A stretch of DNA of 64,000 nucleotides from NCBI GenBank assembly GCA_963745235.1, contig CAVUXE010000044.1, positions 64,001-128,000 of the forward strand, written 5' to 3'. Positions 10,458 through 20,953 of this stretch are shown piece after piece. Under the pieces are notes generated by a model. That model had not been told where the DNA came from. It saw nothing but the letters and a program-made list of their open reading frames with translations, and did not search any database. This stretch comes from an uncultured Spirochaetota bacterium (GTDB lineage Bacteria > Spirochaetota > Spirochaetia > SZUA-6 > Fen-1364). Positions within the stretch are counted from its first letter, which is position 1, and every line of letters starts with the position of its first letter. The position numbers were made by a program, and so were the translations under genes.

Positions 10458-12004
10458 GCGCCCCCCTTCCACGGGCAAGCGGCATCATCCTGCATCCTTC
10501 AAGCCTTCCCGGGCCGCATGGAATCGGAGACATTGGCCCGTCCGCGCACCGCTTCATCCATTTCCTCTCCCGGGCCGGACAGTCGCTCTGGCAGGTGCTG
10601 CCGGTGGGACCCACCGGGTATGGGGACTCGCCCTATGCGTGCTTCTCCTCGTTCGCGGGGAATCCCCTTCTGATCAGCGTGGAAGCGCTGGCAGGCTGGG
10701 GACTTCTGGCAGAAGAGGATCTTCGCGCCGCACCGGCCTTCTCAGCAGAGAAAGTCGACTATGGAGCCGTCATCTCGTGGAAAATACCGCTCCTGCGCAG
10801 GGCGGCCGGGCGGTTTCTCAGCCAGTCTCAGGCCGGGCAACTGGAACGGCTGGCCGCTTTTCAAGCTGAGGAGGGCTGGTGGCTGGATGACTATTGCCTC
10901 TTCATGGCTGTGAAGGGTATGTACGCGGCCAGTGCCGCGAAGACGGGAGCGCAGGGCGGGGCCTGGAATGCCTCCTTTGATCGTGACATTGCGCTGCGCG
11001 AGCCATCGGCGCTGCATCGCCTTCGCCGGGACCTTACGGCGGAAATCCGGATGGAAGGGGTAATCCAGCTCTTCTTCTTCGAGCAGTGGAAAGCCCTGCG
11101 CGCGGAGGCAGCGCGCTTCGGTGTTCGCATCATCGGGGACCTGCCCATCTTCGCCGCACCGGACAGCGCCGATGTCTGGGCCAACAGGGAGCTGTTCCAG
11201 CTGGACGCGGATGGCCGTCCGACCGTTGTGTCCGGGGTCCCTCCCGACTACTTCTCGAAGACCGGTCAGCTCTGGGGGAATCCCCTGTACGACTGGGACG
11301 CGCTGGCGCGCCAGGACTTCAGGTTCTGGGTGGAGAGGATTCGCGCGGCGCGGAAGCTTTTTGATTTCATCCGCATCGACCATTTCCGTGGCTTCGAGGC
11401 CTGCTGGACAGTGCCCGCCGGAGAAAGCACGGCGGAGCGCGGCCAATGGGTGAAGGCCCCGGGCAAGGAGCTTTTCGACGCCCTCCAGAGACACCTTGGC
11501 GAGCTTCCGCTCATAGCGGAAGACCTTGGAGTGATCACTCCGGAAGTGAACGCGCTGCGCGAGGGTCTCGGGTTCCCCGGCATGCGCGTCCTGCAGTTCG
11601 CCTTCGACTCCGCGGAAGCCGGCTCCCTGAACGCCGGCAACCGTTTTCTGCCCCATAACCACACACCGGACTCCGTGGTCTACACAGGAACACACGACAA
11701 TGACACCACGCGGGGATGGTTTTCCCGGCGCACGGAGGCTGAGCGTGACTATCTTGCACGCTACGTTGGGGGCCTGGATGCCCGGGTGGAGTGGAGCTTC
11801 ATCCGCATGGCGCTTGCCTCAGTGTGCCGCTTTGCGCTGTTCCCCCTGCAGGATGTGCTGGGACTGGGAAGCGAAGCGCGGCTGAACACGCCCGGAACCT
11901 CGGGCGGCAGGAACTGGACGTGGAGGTTCCTCGAAGGATCGCTGAGCGAAGAAAAGGTGAGCGCGCTGCGGGACTTGAGCTCTCTCTATGGAAGGGTTCA
12001 GTAG
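10454..12004 (+). CDS. malQ: 4-alpha-glucanotransferase (amylomaltase, GH77)
   Basis: [52 protein letters not shown]. Confidence 0.96.
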   Translation: MSAPLPRASGIILHPSSLPGPHGIGDIGPSAHRFIHFLSRAGQSLWQVLPVGPTGYGDSPYACFSSFAGNPLLISVEALAGWGLLAEEDLRAAPAFSAEKVDYGAVISWKIPLLRRAAGRFLSQSQAGQLERLAAFQAEEGWWLDDYCLFMAVKGMYAASAAKTGAQGGAWNASFDRDIALREPSALHRLRRDLTAEIRMEGVIQLFFFEQWKALRAEAARFGVRIIGDLPIFAAPDSADVWANRELFQLDADGRPTVVSGVPPDYFSKTGQLWGNPLYDWDALARQDFRFWVERIRAARKLFDFIRIDHFRGFEACWTVPAGESTAERGQWVKAPGKELFDALQRHLGELPLIAEDLGVITPEVNALREGLGFPGMRVLQFAFDSAEAGSLNAGNRFLPHNHTPDSVVYTGTHDNDTTRGWFSRRTEAERDYLARYVGGLDARVEWSFIRMALASVCRFALFPLQDVLGLGSEARLNTPGTSGGRNWTWRFLEGSLSEEKVSALRDLSSLYGRVQ

Positions 12005-12774
12005 GCCCCCGAGGCCTTCTGTCCGCTTACCAGCAGCACGCCGGAGCTCGTCCCGATCCTGGTGGCCCCCGCCCGGATCATCTGGACCGCGTCCTCGAAG
12101 CTCTTCACGCCGCCGGCAGCCTTCACGCCCAGCTTCGGGCCCACCGTTCGCCGCATGAGAGCGACATCGGCAACCGTGGCGCCGCCCTTGTTGAAGCCGG
12201 TGGAGGTCTTCACGAAATCCGCGCCAATATCTTTTGCGATCTGGCAGGCAAGGACTTTCTCATCATCGTTCAGGAGGCAGGCTTCAATGATCACCTTGAG
12301 CACGATCCCGGCCCGGCACGCTCGCCGTACGGCAAGCATGTCCTCCCGCACCGTCTTCAGGTCCTTTGCCTTCATGGCGCCCACGTTCATCACCATGTCG
12401 ATCTCCGCCGCCCCGTTTGACACAGCGGTCCGCGCCTCGAAGGCCTTTGCCCTGCTGTCCATGGCTCCCAGGGGAAAGCCGACCACGGCGCACACCTTCA
12501 CTCCCGTGCCCCCCAGCTTGCGCGCGCAGCGCTCCGCCCAATTGGAGTTCACGCAGACCGAGTAGAAGTGGTGCTGCGCCGCTTCCTCGCAGAGCTTGTC
12601 GATCTGCTCCTCCGTGGCCTCCGGCTTCAGCAAGGTGTGGTCGATGAAGCGGGCAAGGTCAGAGGGCTGGAGCCCGTCCCCGGCGCCGCTCCCTCCCGGG
12701 GAGCCTCCTTGCGACGCTCGAAGACGAGCAACAACTTCGGCCACGATTTTTTCGACTAACTTGTTCTGGTCCAT
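11998..12774 (-). CDS. deoC: Deoxyribose-phosphate aldolase with N-terminal BMC encapsulation-peptide-like extension
   Basis: [36 protein letters not shown]; N-terminal amphipathic [18 protein letters not shown] plus Gly/Ser linker. Confidence 0.95.
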   Translation of the reverse strand: MDQNKLVEKIVAEVVARLRASQGGSPGGSGAGDGLQPSDLARFIDHTLLKPEATEEQIDKLCEEAAQHHFYSVCVNSNWAERCARKLGGTGVKVCAVVGFPLGAMDSRAKAFEARTAVSNGAAEIDMVMNVGAMKAKDLKTVREDMLAVRRACRAGIVLKVIIEACLLNDDEKVLACQIAKDIGADFVKTSTGFNKGGATVADVALMRRTVGPKLGVKAAGGVKSFEDAVQMIRAGATRIGTSSGVLLVSGQKASGAY

Positions 12775-13247
12775 TATTCGGCAAAGCCTCCCCGCTCGAG
12801 GGCCATGATCTTGTTCACCCGTACCATGTGCCGTCCGCCGCCAAACCTCGTTGCAAGCCATACCTTCGCCATCTCGCACAGCTGCCCCGCATCATGCAGC
12901 GGCCCGCCCAGGCTCAGGACGTTCGCGTTGTTGTGTTCCCTGCTGTTGATCACGGTCCTCAGGTCGTAGCACATTGCGGCCCGTATCCCCCTGACCTTGT
13001 TCGCCGCCATGCAGCTGCCAATCCCCGCTCCGTCAAGGACGATCCCCCGCTCGCAGTCCCCGCTCACCACCTTGCGGCATACCGCAACGGCGATATCGGG
13101 GTAATCCACCTTGTCCGTGCTGAAGCATCCCACGTCCACCGTCCTGTACCCCAGCTCTTCCAGGTAGCGGCGAAGCATCTCCTTCTGGCCGTACGCCCCG
13201 TGGTCGCTTCCAATGGCGACGCTGCGCACGGTGTCGGTGTCGTTCAT
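12774..13247 (-). CDS. rpiB: Ribose-5-phosphate isomerase B family
   Basis: [47 protein letters not shown]. Confidence 0.93.
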   Translation of the reverse strand: MNDTDTVRSVAIGSDHGAYGQKEMLRRYLEELGYRTVDVGCFSTDKVDYPDIAVAVCRKVVSGDCERGIVLDGAGIGSCMAANKVRGIRAAMCYDLRTVINSREHNNANVLSLGGPLHDAGQLCEMAKVWLATRFGGGRHMVRVNKIMALERGGFAE

Positions 13248-13525
13248 TCTTTGTCCTCGATATCGACGCGATCCACGATCCCGCATACCACGGTTCGAAC
13301 GGTGACGGCTCCCTCGTCCCCGAGCACGGACCGCGCGGAGCCGCCTTCGTCCACAACGAGCACCCTGTCACCGACTCCGGCCTGGACGCCGTCCAGGGCC
13401 AGGAACGATTTCCCCTTCGGCTTTCCCTCGGGGTCGATGGGCTGGACAACCAGGATCTTGTACCCCCGGTACTGGGAGATCTTTTCCGTGGACACCACGT
13501 TGCCGACCACGCGGGCAAGTATCAC
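13244..13525 (-). CDS. BMC vertex protein (BMC-P, EutN/CcmL family)
   Basis: ILARVVGNVVST.K..G.KILVVQP..ALDGVQAGVGDRVLV..GIVD. Confidence 0.92.
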   Translation of the reverse strand: MILARVVGNVVSTEKISQYRGYKILVVQPIDPEGKPKGKSFLALDGVQAGVGDRVLVVDEGGSARSVLGDEGAVTVRTVVCGIVDRVDIEDKE

Positions 13526-13818
13526 CGCTTCGCCGCCTCGCCGCGACCCTCGTCGACGTTCACGGCATCCACGATCCCGATCACGGCTGCGTCCGCGGGG
13601 TTGAACCACCCGTTGGGGTTTGCCTGCGCGGCTTCCTTGCCGGCCTCGAAGAGCACGAGGTCCCCTTCCCCGGCCCGCGCAACGTCAAAGGCAACGACTG
13701 CCGGCCCCGCCTCCTTGCCTTTCTCATCCAGGGGCTGCACGAGGAGCAGCTTCAGCCCCTCCAGCGTCTCCAGCTTCTGCGTGCTCACCACTGTGCCGAT
13801 GATCCTCCCGAGCTTCAT
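13522..13818 (-). CDS. BMC vertex protein (BMC-P, EutN/CcmL family)
   Basis: MKLGRIIGTVVSTQK..LEGLKLLLVQP..AGEGDLV..DAAVIGIVD. Confidence 0.92.
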   Translation of the reverse strand: MKLGRIIGTVVSTQKLETLEGLKLLLVQPLDEKGKEAGPAVVAFDVARAGEGDLVLFEAGKEAAQANPNGWFNPADAAVIGIVDAVNVDEGRGEAAKR

Positions 13819-15269
13819 ACGATCCTGAAGTAGTCCACCAGGGTGCACCGCCGCTCCCGGGTGAATGTGCGCGCCCGCGTCATGCCCTCTCCCGTGGGAC
13901 TGGCGATGGTGAAAGAGGCATAGCCGGCGCCGCCCTCCCCCAGGCCCGCGAAGTTGGGCCCGTTCTTCACGAATAATGAGCAGTTCATGACCTTCGCCAT
14001 GGCGGACAGCTTCTCTATGTCGTGAGAGTGGATGCTTGCCGTGTGGCGAAACCCGTGCTCCACCCGAACGGCAAACTCTATTGCTTCATCCACGCTCCTG
14101 AAGCGCACGAGCGGGATCACGGGCATCAGCTGCTCGCTCCACACCATGGGGTGGTCGCTCGGTACATCCATCACCAATATCCGCGTGTCGGCGGGCACCT
14201 CTATCCCCGCCGCCCGGGCAATCACCACGGGATCCTTGCCCACGAGGTCCTTGTTCGGCGGGCTCGCCTTGCCGGGGCCGGCCGCAGCGGCCTGCGGGAG
14301 GGCGACGCGAGTCACCGCCTCCGCCTGCGCCCCGGTCAGCTCGAAGGCGCCGTTCTTCCTCATCTCCGCCTTCAGTCGATCCGCGATGCTTTCCACCGCG
14401 AGGATTTCCTTCTCATCCGTGCACACAACGTTGTTGTCGAAACCCGCGCCTGCCACCAGGTCACGGCCCGCCTTCACGAGATCCGCGGTGGCGTCCACCA
14501 CCGCGGGGGGGTTCCCCGGGCCTGCGCAAATGGCCTTCTTCCCGCTCGCCATTGCCGCCTTCACCACGCCCGGCCCGCCGGTCACCACCAGGAGCGCAAC
14601 TCCCTTGTGCTTCATCAGCTCTCCGGCGCTCTCGATTGTCGGGGAGGCCATTGCGCACAGGAGGTTCTGCGGCCCGCCTTCCCGCGCAATCACGTCGTTC
14701 AAGATGCCGACCAGGCGGCAGCTCACCCCTTTGGCCCCGGGGTGGACGTTGAACACCACCGCATTCCCCGCGGATATCATGCCGATTGAGTTCGACGTTA
14801 TCGTCGCAAGCGGGTTGGTCACCGGGGTAATGGCCCCGATCACTCCGTAGGGTGCCCTCTCCATGATCGTGAGGCCGTGCTCGTCGGAATACGCGGTGGG
14901 CTCAACGTCTTCCACGCCAGGGGTCTTTCGCGCGGCAAGGCTGTTCTTGGCCTTCTTGTCCTGAACGTTTCCAAGGCCGGTCTCGCTGACGGCTTCCCGG
15001 GAGAGTGAATCATTTGCCTCCAGCACGACTGCCCGCATGGCCTCGATGATCCGTTTGCGGGTATCGAGGGGAAGCGCCGCCAGTTGCCGCTGGGCCACCG
15101 CCGCCGCCGCCACCGCAGAATCTATGTCTGCAAAAATCCCCCGGCCCAGGGCGCCGGACGCCTGCCCCGGAGCCGCCCCAGCACCCTTCACCGCGGCCAG
15201 GAGCGTCGTCACGTCATTGCTTTTGAGCACCTGCTCCACGATCTGGCGTATGTCGTCCTCGAGTGCCAT
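13815..15269 (-). CDS. BMC-associated CoA-acylating aldehyde dehydrogenase (EutE/PduP-like) with encapsulation peptide
   Basis: PYGVIGAITPVTNP, VTGGPGVV, GPGNPP, FDNNVVCTDEK, SPTGEG..FTRERRC; N-terminal LEDDIRQIVEQVLKS. Confidence 0.93.
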   Translation of the reverse strand: MALEDDIRQIVEQVLKSNDVTTLLAAVKGAGAAPGQASGALGRGIFADIDSAVAAAAVAQRQLAALPLDTRKRIIEAMRAVVLEANDSLSREAVSETGLGNVQDKKAKNSLAARKTPGVEDVEPTAYSDEHGLTIMERAPYGVIGAITPVTNPLATITSNSIGMISAGNAVVFNVHPGAKGVSCRLVGILNDVIAREGGPQNLLCAMASPTIESAGELMKHKGVALLVVTGGPGVVKAAMASGKKAICAGPGNPPAVVDATADLVKAGRDLVAGAGFDNNVVCTDEKEILAVESIADRLKAEMRKNGAFELTGAQAEAVTRVALPQAAAAGPGKASPPNKDLVGKDPVVIARAAGIEVPADTRILVMDVPSDHPMVWSEQLMPVIPLVRFRSVDEAIEFAVRVEHGFRHTASIHSHDIEKLSAMAKVMNCSLFVKNGPNFAGLGEGGAGYASFTIASPTGEGMTRARTFTRERRCTLVDYFRIV

Positions 15270-15288
15270 ATTTTCCGCCCCTTGCCCG

Positions 15289-15579
15289 TTATTCGGCCCT
15301 GTAGAGCTCGGCGCCGCCACCGTGGATGGAATCAACGATGGCAACCACCAGCGTGTCCATGGGCCGGTCATCCGTGCGCCGGGTCCAGCGGCAGCTGCTG
15401 CCCTGCGTCAGAAGAACCAGGTGTCCCCTCTCGGCTCCCACCATGTCCAGCCCCACGAGGTACTCCCCCCTGCCCTCCCCGCGCTGGTTGCATTCCTCCA
15501 CGAGCAGCCATTTCGCGCCGTCTATGGTGTCGGCCCGCTTCGTGGCAACCACTGTGCCCCGCACCCGCGCCAGAGTCAT
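15289..15579 (-). CDS. BMC vertex protein (BMC-P, EutN/CcmL family)
   Basis: LARVRGTVVAT..GLDMVGA..QGSS..DTLVVAIVD. Confidence 0.9.
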   Translation of the reverse strand: MTLARVRGTVVATKRADTIDGAKWLLVEECNQRGEGRGEYLVGLDMVGAERGHLVLLTQGSSCRWTRRTDDRPMDTLVVAIVDSIHGGGAELYRAE

Positions 15580-15589
15580 GCGCGCGCCC

Positions 15590-15895
15590 TCATCCGGCGG
15601 CCCCCGCCTTCTGGTAGGTGAGCGTGCCGTCCTTCTCTATCGCGTCCACGATGGCGATGATGGTCGCATCCGAAGGTTTGCCCCTGGTCACCTCCGTCAT
15701 GCGCGCGCTTGACCCCGTCACGTAGAAGACGATCTCCCCGGCGTTCGCCCCGACTCCGTCGATGCCCACCACGTAGTCGCCCTTGCCGGCGAGGGTGACC
15801 GCATCGATCTTTTCCAGGAGCAGGAACCTCATTCCTTCCATCGACGAAGGCTTGTGCGTGGAGACGACCGTCCCCTTCACCCGGGCAAGAACCAT
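15590..15895 (-). CDS. BMC vertex protein (BMC-P, EutN/CcmL family)
   Basis: LARVKGTVVST.K..DGVGANAGE..GSSAR..DATIIAIVD. Confidence 0.92.
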   Translation of the reverse strand: MVLARVKGTVVSTHKPSSMEGMRFLLLEKIDAVTLAGKGDYVVGIDGVGANAGEIVFYVTGSSARMTEVTRGKPSDATIIAIVDAIEKDGTLTYQKAGAAG

Positions 15896-15907
15896 GGTCC
15901 GCCCGCT

Positions 15908-16219
15908 CTACTTCTTTCCCGCCGGCGCAGTCTTCCTGCCCAGCGGCAGGGCCGCGTCCACGCTCTCATGCGGCCGCGGGATGACATGTGTGGAAACGAT
16001 CTCTCCCACCTTCTCCGCCGCCCTGCTTCCCGCCTCCACGGCGGCGCGGCACGCCGCGACATCGCCTCGAACAATGGCCGTCACGTAGCCGCCGCCGATC
16101 TTCTCATACCCCACCAGGTCCACCTTGGCCGCCTTCACCATCGCATCCGCGGCTTCCACCATGGCGGCAAAGCCGCGCGTTTCGATCATTCCAAGAGCGT
16201 CAAAACCGTTGTCTGCCAT
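15908..16219 (-). CDS. BMC hexamer shell protein (BMC-H, EutM/PduA-like)
   Basis: [36 protein letters not shown]. Confidence 0.96.
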   Translation of the reverse strand: MADNGFDALGMIETRGFAAMVEAADAMVKAAKVDLVGYEKIGGGYVTAIVRGDVAACRAAVEAGSRAAEKVGEIVSTHVIPRPHESVDAALPLGRKTAPAGKK

Positions 16220-16247
16220 CTTCTTCTCCCGTCCTCAGAGCGAGGGC

Positions 16248-16889
16248 CTATATCCTGGCCGCCCCAGCCGCGATTTCCCGGCCGCTCAGGCCGCCCAGCC
16301 TGGATTCCACCACCTTGCGCGCTTCGATCACCTCGGCTTCCTCGCCGGCTATGTAGACGCGCCCGAAGGCCCCGAAGCCGACCACCTCGATGATGTTCAC
16401 CTTCGCCGTCTTCTCCGCCTCGTTGGCCGCGTAGTATGCATACCCCGCCGGCTCGACTTCCAGCACGTACAGGGTATCGCCCCTGAGCACCATGTTCCCA
16501 TGCCTCACCTTGTTGATGAGCTGGGCGTGATGGTCAGAGATGTTCTTGATGAGCTGACTGGTGAGCACGCGCGGCTTCAGGCGGTCGGTCTCAGCTTTCT
16601 TCAGCTCCTTCAGCACCGCCTCTCCCGCCATCCGCGCATCTCCCTGGCTGTCGGAATGCACTTCCAGGAGGCCGTATGCCCGCTCGACGATCTGCAGCCC
16701 GGGGGTGACGTTGGTGGCTTTCAGCGCAATGTCGGTCAGGCGATTGATCTCGATACCGGGAGCTATCTCGATCACGCAGCAGGCCTGCATTCCGATGGGG
16801 TAGTACCCTTTGCTCACGGTGGCAATGAAGCTTGCGTTCTGCAGCTGCAGAGAGTCGAGGAACACGTACGTCCTGAGGTCCACGGCCAT
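16248..16889 (-). CDS. BMC trimer shell protein (BMC-T, double-stacked/permuted type)
   Basis: LRTYVFLDSLQ, IEIAPG, QIVERAYGLLEVH, AANEAEK, GAFGRVY. Confidence 0.88.
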   Translation of the reverse strand: MAVDLRTYVFLDSLQLQNASFIATVSKGYYPIGMQACCVIEIAPGIEINRLTDIALKATNVTPGLQIVERAYGLLEVHSDSQGDARMAGEAVLKELKKAETDRLKPRVLTSQLIKNISDHHAQLINKVRHGNMVLRGDTLYVLEVEPAGYAYYAANEAEKTAKVNIIEVVGFGAFGRVYIAGEEAEVIEARKVVESRLGGLSGREIAAGAARI

Positions 16890-16892
16890 GGC

Positions 16893-17192
16893 CTACTCCT
16901 TCTGTCCGCGACCCAGCGGGAGCGCCTGGTCCACGGACGCATGCGGCCGCGGGATGACGTGCGTGCTCACGATCTCCCCCACCTTCTCCGCCGCCCTGCT
17001 TCCGGCGTCGACCGCCGCCCGGCACGCGGCCACGTCTCCGCGGACGATGGCCGTGACATACCCGCCGCCGATCTTCTCAAAGCCCACGAGGTCCACTTTT
17101 GCCGCCTTGACCATCGCGTCAGCAGCTTCCACCATCGCCGCAAAGCCCCGGGTTTCTATCATCCCGAGGGCTTCAAACCCGCTGTCTGCCAT
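16893..17192 (-). CDS. BMC hexamer shell protein (BMC-H), near-identical paralog of 15908-16219
   Basis: Same BMC-H motifs; AAGGAGG RBS; first gene of the BMC operon. Confidence 0.96.
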   Translation of the reverse strand: MADSGFEALGMIETRGFAAMVEAADAMVKAAKVDLVGFEKIGGGYVTAIVRGDVAACRAAVDAGSRAAEKVGEIVSTHVIPRPHASVDQALPLGRGQKE

Positions 17193-17316
17193 GACTCCTC
17201 CTTGCCGCAGTACCGTCCCCTCTTGAGTCAGATGGGCGTCTCGCTCTCATTCTGGGGCTGGAAATGTTAAATGTCAAGCAAATAATTACAGAGAAGTGAA
17301 AAAAGCAAACAGATAT

Positions 17317-17333
17317 TTTGTAATATTAACAAA
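17317..17333. promoter_or_regulatory. Candidate DeoR operator in the AT-rich divergent promoter
   Basis: Imperfect palindrome TTTGTAATATTAACAAA between the BMC operon and deoR. Confidence 0.4.
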
Positions 17334-17360
17334 TGTGATATGATTCCTTCGTGAGGACTC

Positions 17361-18137
17361 ATGAACAGGACTGATCGGCTGAGTGTGATAATGCAGACCC
17401 TCCAGATCAGCAAAGCCGCGAGCGTGCAGGAGCTTTCCGAGCAGCTCAAGGTCAGTCACATGACCGTCCGGCGCGACCTCGTGGCGCTGGCAAAAAGCGA
17501 AAAAGTGAAAGTCCTGCACGGAAGTGTCATCCTCCACCCGAAATCCAGCTCGCGTGAGAACGAGAGCTACTACTCCCTGATCGCCGCGGGAGCCGAGCAC
17601 CCGGAGCTCAAGCGCAGAATCGGACAGCTTGCTGCGTCGTTGATCGAGCCGGAGGACACGCTCCTGATCGACGTCGGCTCGACCACCGAATACCTGGCGA
17701 AATACCTGCCAGAGGACCTCAAGTACACGGTACTCTGTTTTTCCCTGAATGTCGTTTCCGAGACGGTCCGTCGAAGGAATTGCAGGACCCAGTTTGCCGG
17801 CGGGCTGTTCCATGAAAACACCCTGATGTTCGAAAGTCCCGAGAGCCTGGAAATGATCAGGAACTTCAGGGCGACGAAAGCCTTCGTGTCAGCCTCCGGG
17901 GTGAACAGCCAGTTCGGTGTCACCTGCATGAACTCCTATGAGCGGGAGACGAAAAAGGCGGTCCTGCAGTCCTCCATGAGGAAGATCCTCCTCGTGGATT
18001 CCTCGAAGTTCGGCGTTATACGATCAGACTACTTTGCCCAGCTTTCGGATTTCGATGAGGTCGTCACCGACGCGGGGATACCGACGGAGTACTCGGAGTT
18101 CATCAAGAATCTTGGAATCGTCCTTCGTATTGCCTGA
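17361..18137 (+). CDS. DeoR/GlpR family transcriptional regulator
   Basis: VQELSEQLKVSHMTVRRDL HTH; IDVGSTT; VDSSKFG; divergent from the BMC operon. Confidence 0.95.
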   Translation: MNRTDRLSVIMQTLQISKAASVQELSEQLKVSHMTVRRDLVALAKSEKVKVLHGSVILHPKSSSRENESYYSLIAAGAEHPELKRRIGQLAASLIEPEDTLLIDVGSTTEYLAKYLPEDLKYTVLCFSLNVVSETVRRRNCRTQFAGGLFHENTLMFESPESLEMIRNFRATKAFVSASGVNSQFGVTCMNSYERETKKAVLQSSMRKILLVDSSKFGVIRSDYFAQLSDFDEVVTDAGIPTEYSEFIKNLGIVLRIA

Positions 18138-18155
18138 TGGATAAGGGCCTGATGG

Positions 18156-19226
18156 CTAGGCGGTCTCCGCTTCGCTCCCAACCAGGCATGCCTCCTTCGG
18201 GAACCACACGCTGACGCGCTCCCCGACCCCGGGCAGTGAGAGGTGCGGGTTGTTGAACGTGTCGAGGAAAAGCTCGCTGCCGTCCAGGCGCAGGAAAATG
18301 CGGACAATCGAACCGAGAAATACGATGGTCTTTACCGTGCCCGCCAGGCGGTTGGAATCCGGGCGTCCGTTGGTGAGTGAGATCATCTCGGGCCTCAGGG
18401 ATACGCGAACAGGCTGCCCGGAGGCATGCGTCAGGGCGGCCGCGGCAGCGATCTGCTGACCCTCCACGCTGAGGGTCCCCGCCGCGGGATCCACCACCCT
18501 GGCGTCCAGCACATTCAGAGAGCCGACGAACGAGGCGACGAACGCCGAGACGGGACGGTTGTAGATCTCAAACGGCGTGCCGACCTGCGCGATGCGCCCT
18601 TCCCGCATCACCACCACCCTGTCCGAAAGGGAAAGGGCCTCCTCCTGGTCGTGCGTGACATAGATCGTCGTGATTCCGAGCTGGCGCTGGATGGACCGGA
18701 TCTCCTCCCGCAGGCGCACGCGAATCCCGGCATCCAGCGCGGACAGGGGCTCGTCCAGGAGCAGCACGCGGGGCTGGATGGCAAGCGCCCGCGCAAGTGC
18801 CACCCGCTGCTGCTGCCCCCCTGACATCTGGTGGGGGTAGCGGTTTTCGAAGCCTTCCATGTGGATCATGAGGAGCAGGTGCCGCACCCGTTCGTGGATC
18901 TCATCCGGCGTCTTTCCCGACACGCGAAGACCGAAGCCGATGTTCTGCGCCGCGGTCATGTTCGGAAAAAGCGCGTAGTTCTGGAACACCATGCCCACCC
19001 CGCGCCTGTTCGGCGGGACCTCGACGACCTCCACGCCGTCGATCCGGATGCTGCCCGTCGTGGGGGTTTCAAACCCGGCAATCATCCGCAGCGTCGTCGT
19101 CTTTCCGCATCCCGAGCCACCCAGGAAAGAGATGAGCTCTCCCTCGCCTGCCTCCAGGCTGAGAGAGCTCACCACCGTGGCGCGGTCGAACCTCTTGGTC
19201 ACCCCTCTCAGCTCCAGGAATGCCAT
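18156..19226 (-). CDS. ABC transporter ATP-binding protein (PotA/AfuC-like, with TOBE domain)
   Basis: GGSGCGKTT, VFQNYALFPNM, MSGGQQQRVALARAL, YVTHDQEEA. Confidence 0.93.
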   Translation of the reverse strand: MAFLELRGVTKRFDRATVVSSLSLEAGEGELISFLGGSGCGKTTTLRMIAGFETPTTGSIRIDGVEVVEVPPNRRGVGMVFQNYALFPNMTAAQNIGFGLRVSGKTPDEIHERVRHLLLMIHMEGFENRYPHQMSGGQQQRVALARALAIQPRVLLLDEPLSALDAGIRVRLREEIRSIQRQLGITTIYVTHDQEEALSLSDRVVVMREGRIAQVGTPFEIYNRPVSAFVASFVGSLNVLDARVVDPAAGTLSVEGQQIAAAAALTHASGQPVRVSLRPEMISLTNGRPDSNRLAGTVKTIVFLGSIVRIFLRLDGSELFLDTFNNPHLSLPGVGERVSVWFPKEACLVGSEAETA

Positions 19227-19274
19227 TCCGTCGCTCCTTTTCAACGCGTTCCGCTCAGGAGCGCGTTCCATTCG

Positions 19275-20069
19275 TCAGTGCGTCCCGCCCACCGCGGAGC
19301 GCGGGCCGCCGAGACTGCGGCTCAGGGCCTGCATGAGCCCGATCATTCCCCACGTGAGGAGAAAGCTCACCACGCTGAGCGCGGCGGGCTCGTATGCGAA
19401 GTTGCGGCCCACCTGGGCCATGTACGGCCCGAATGCGGGCCACGCGAGCATGACGGCCAGAGTGAGCTCTCCGATCACGATCGAGAACGTGAGAAACGCC
19501 GCGCTCAGGAGCGCGGCTCGCAGGTTGGGGAGCACCACGTGGAAGAGGGTTGTCCACCAGCTCGCCCCGAGGCTCTGGGCGGCCTCCGTGAGAACGCGCA
19601 GGTTGATGGCGCGCAAACCAGAGTCGACGGAGCGGAAGATGTAGGGGAAAGAAAGCACGACATAGCCGGCGATCAGGAGGACGGGGCTGGAGACAATCGG
19701 CAAGGGCGGCCGGCTATAGGTGCGGATGAGCCCGAAGACCAGAACGATGGGAGGGATCACGAAGGGGAGGAGGGCGAACGTCTCGATCAACGTCCTGGCC
19801 CGGGGAAGCTTCAGGTGGACCCAGATCGCTGTCGGGACAATCAGGGCGAGGCCTGCAAGGATGGTCAGCACTGCCATCTCCAGGGAGAACGTGAACGTCC
19901 TGAGAAACTGGGGATCCGACAGGACATGAGTATACGCGGCCAGGCTGAGCACGCCTTTTTTCGCTCGAAGGGAAAAAAGGAACGTGGCTGCAAGGGGAAG
20001 AAAGAAGTAGAGGCATCCAAGGGTGATCCAGAGCCACGCGGCAATCCGCCTGCGTTTCACGGCAGCCAC
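19275..20069 (-). CDS. ABC transporter permease (PotC/AfuB-like)
   Basis: Multi-TM; EAA motif LTEAAQSLGAS. Confidence 0.88.
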   Translation of the reverse strand: MAAVKRRRIAAWLWITLGCLYFFLPLAATFLFSLRAKKGVLSLAAYTHVLSDPQFLRTFTFSLEMAVLTILAGLALIVPTAIWVHLKLPRARTLIETFALLPFVIPPIVLVFGLIRTYSRPPLPIVSSPVLLIAGYVVLSFPYIFRSVDSGLRAINLRVLTEAAQSLGASWWTTLFHVVLPNLRAALLSAAFLTFSIVIGELTLAVMLAWPAFGPYMAQVGRNFAYEPAALSVVSFLLTWGMIGLMQALSRSLGGPRSAVGGTH

Positions 20070-20953
20070 CTTGCTGACCGCTTCTGCAGCGCGTTGGACC
20101 CGAGGATGCTGAGAGTCATGATCACCACCATGCCGAGCGCCAGCGCGTAGCCCAGGTTGGGGTCGTGCAGGACGTCCCCCCGGATCTGGGCCCCGATCAG
20201 GATGGGGATCAGGTCGAGCATCCCTCCCGTCAGGGCGTACGCCGTTGCGTACGCGCCGAACGCATTTCCGAACAGGAGAATGACGGCCGCCAGAAGCGAG
20301 GGCATGAGGATGGGCAACGCCACGTGGCGCCAGTACTGCAGGCGGGATGCGCCGAGGTTTTCACACGCTTCCCGCCACTCCCTTCGAACGCCGTCCAGCG
20401 CCGGAGTGATCACCAGCACCATGAGGGGAAGCTGGAAGTACATGTAGGTGAAGCTCAGGCCCCAGAAGCTGTACAGGTTGAAGCCGCCGTCATAGATGCT
20501 GATGCCGAAAACGGTCTTCAAGACGACGGTCACAAGCCCGACGCGGCCGAGGGTCGCGATGAACGCGAAAGCGAGGGGGACCCCCGCAAAGTTGGAGGCC
20601 ACCCCTGAGAACGTGGTGAGGAATGCCCGCACGCCGCGGGGAAGCCCGCCCAGGGTCACCGCGTACGAAAGGAGGAAGCCGAATGCTCCCCCTCCGACCG
20701 CCGTGACAACGCTCACCTCGATGGTGAGGAGGTAGGACCGGAGGATGCTCGGACGAAAAAGATGGGCGATATTCGCGAGGCTGAAGCTCCCCTGCGCGTC
20801 CAGGAAGCTGCCGACGAGCAGCGTGCCGGCAGGGAGAAGCATGAACGCAGCGGCAAAAAGGAAAAAAGGCAGAAGGCCTGCCCACGCCCGCACGGGGACG
20901 CGAGCGAGGATGCGCGAGACGCGCGCACCCTCTTCATTCGCGCCGGAAGACAC
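20057..20953 (-). CDS. ABC transporter permease (PotB/AfuB-like)
   Basis: Multi-TM; WREACENLGAS; NFAGVPLAFAFIATLG. Confidence 0.88.
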   Translation of the reverse strand: MSSGANEEGARVSRILARVPVRAWAGLLPFFLFAAAFMLLPAGTLLVGSFLDAQGSFSLANIAHLFRPSILRSYLLTIEVSVVTAVGGGAFGFLLSYAVTLGGLPRGVRAFLTTFSGVASNFAGVPLAFAFIATLGRVGLVTVVLKTVFGISIYDGGFNLYSFWGLSFTYMYFQLPLMVLVITPALDGVRREWREACENLGASRLQYWRHVALPILMPSLLAAVILLFGNAFGAYATAYALTGGMLDLIPILIGAQIRGDVLHDPNLGYALALGMVVIMTLSILGSNALQKRSARWLP

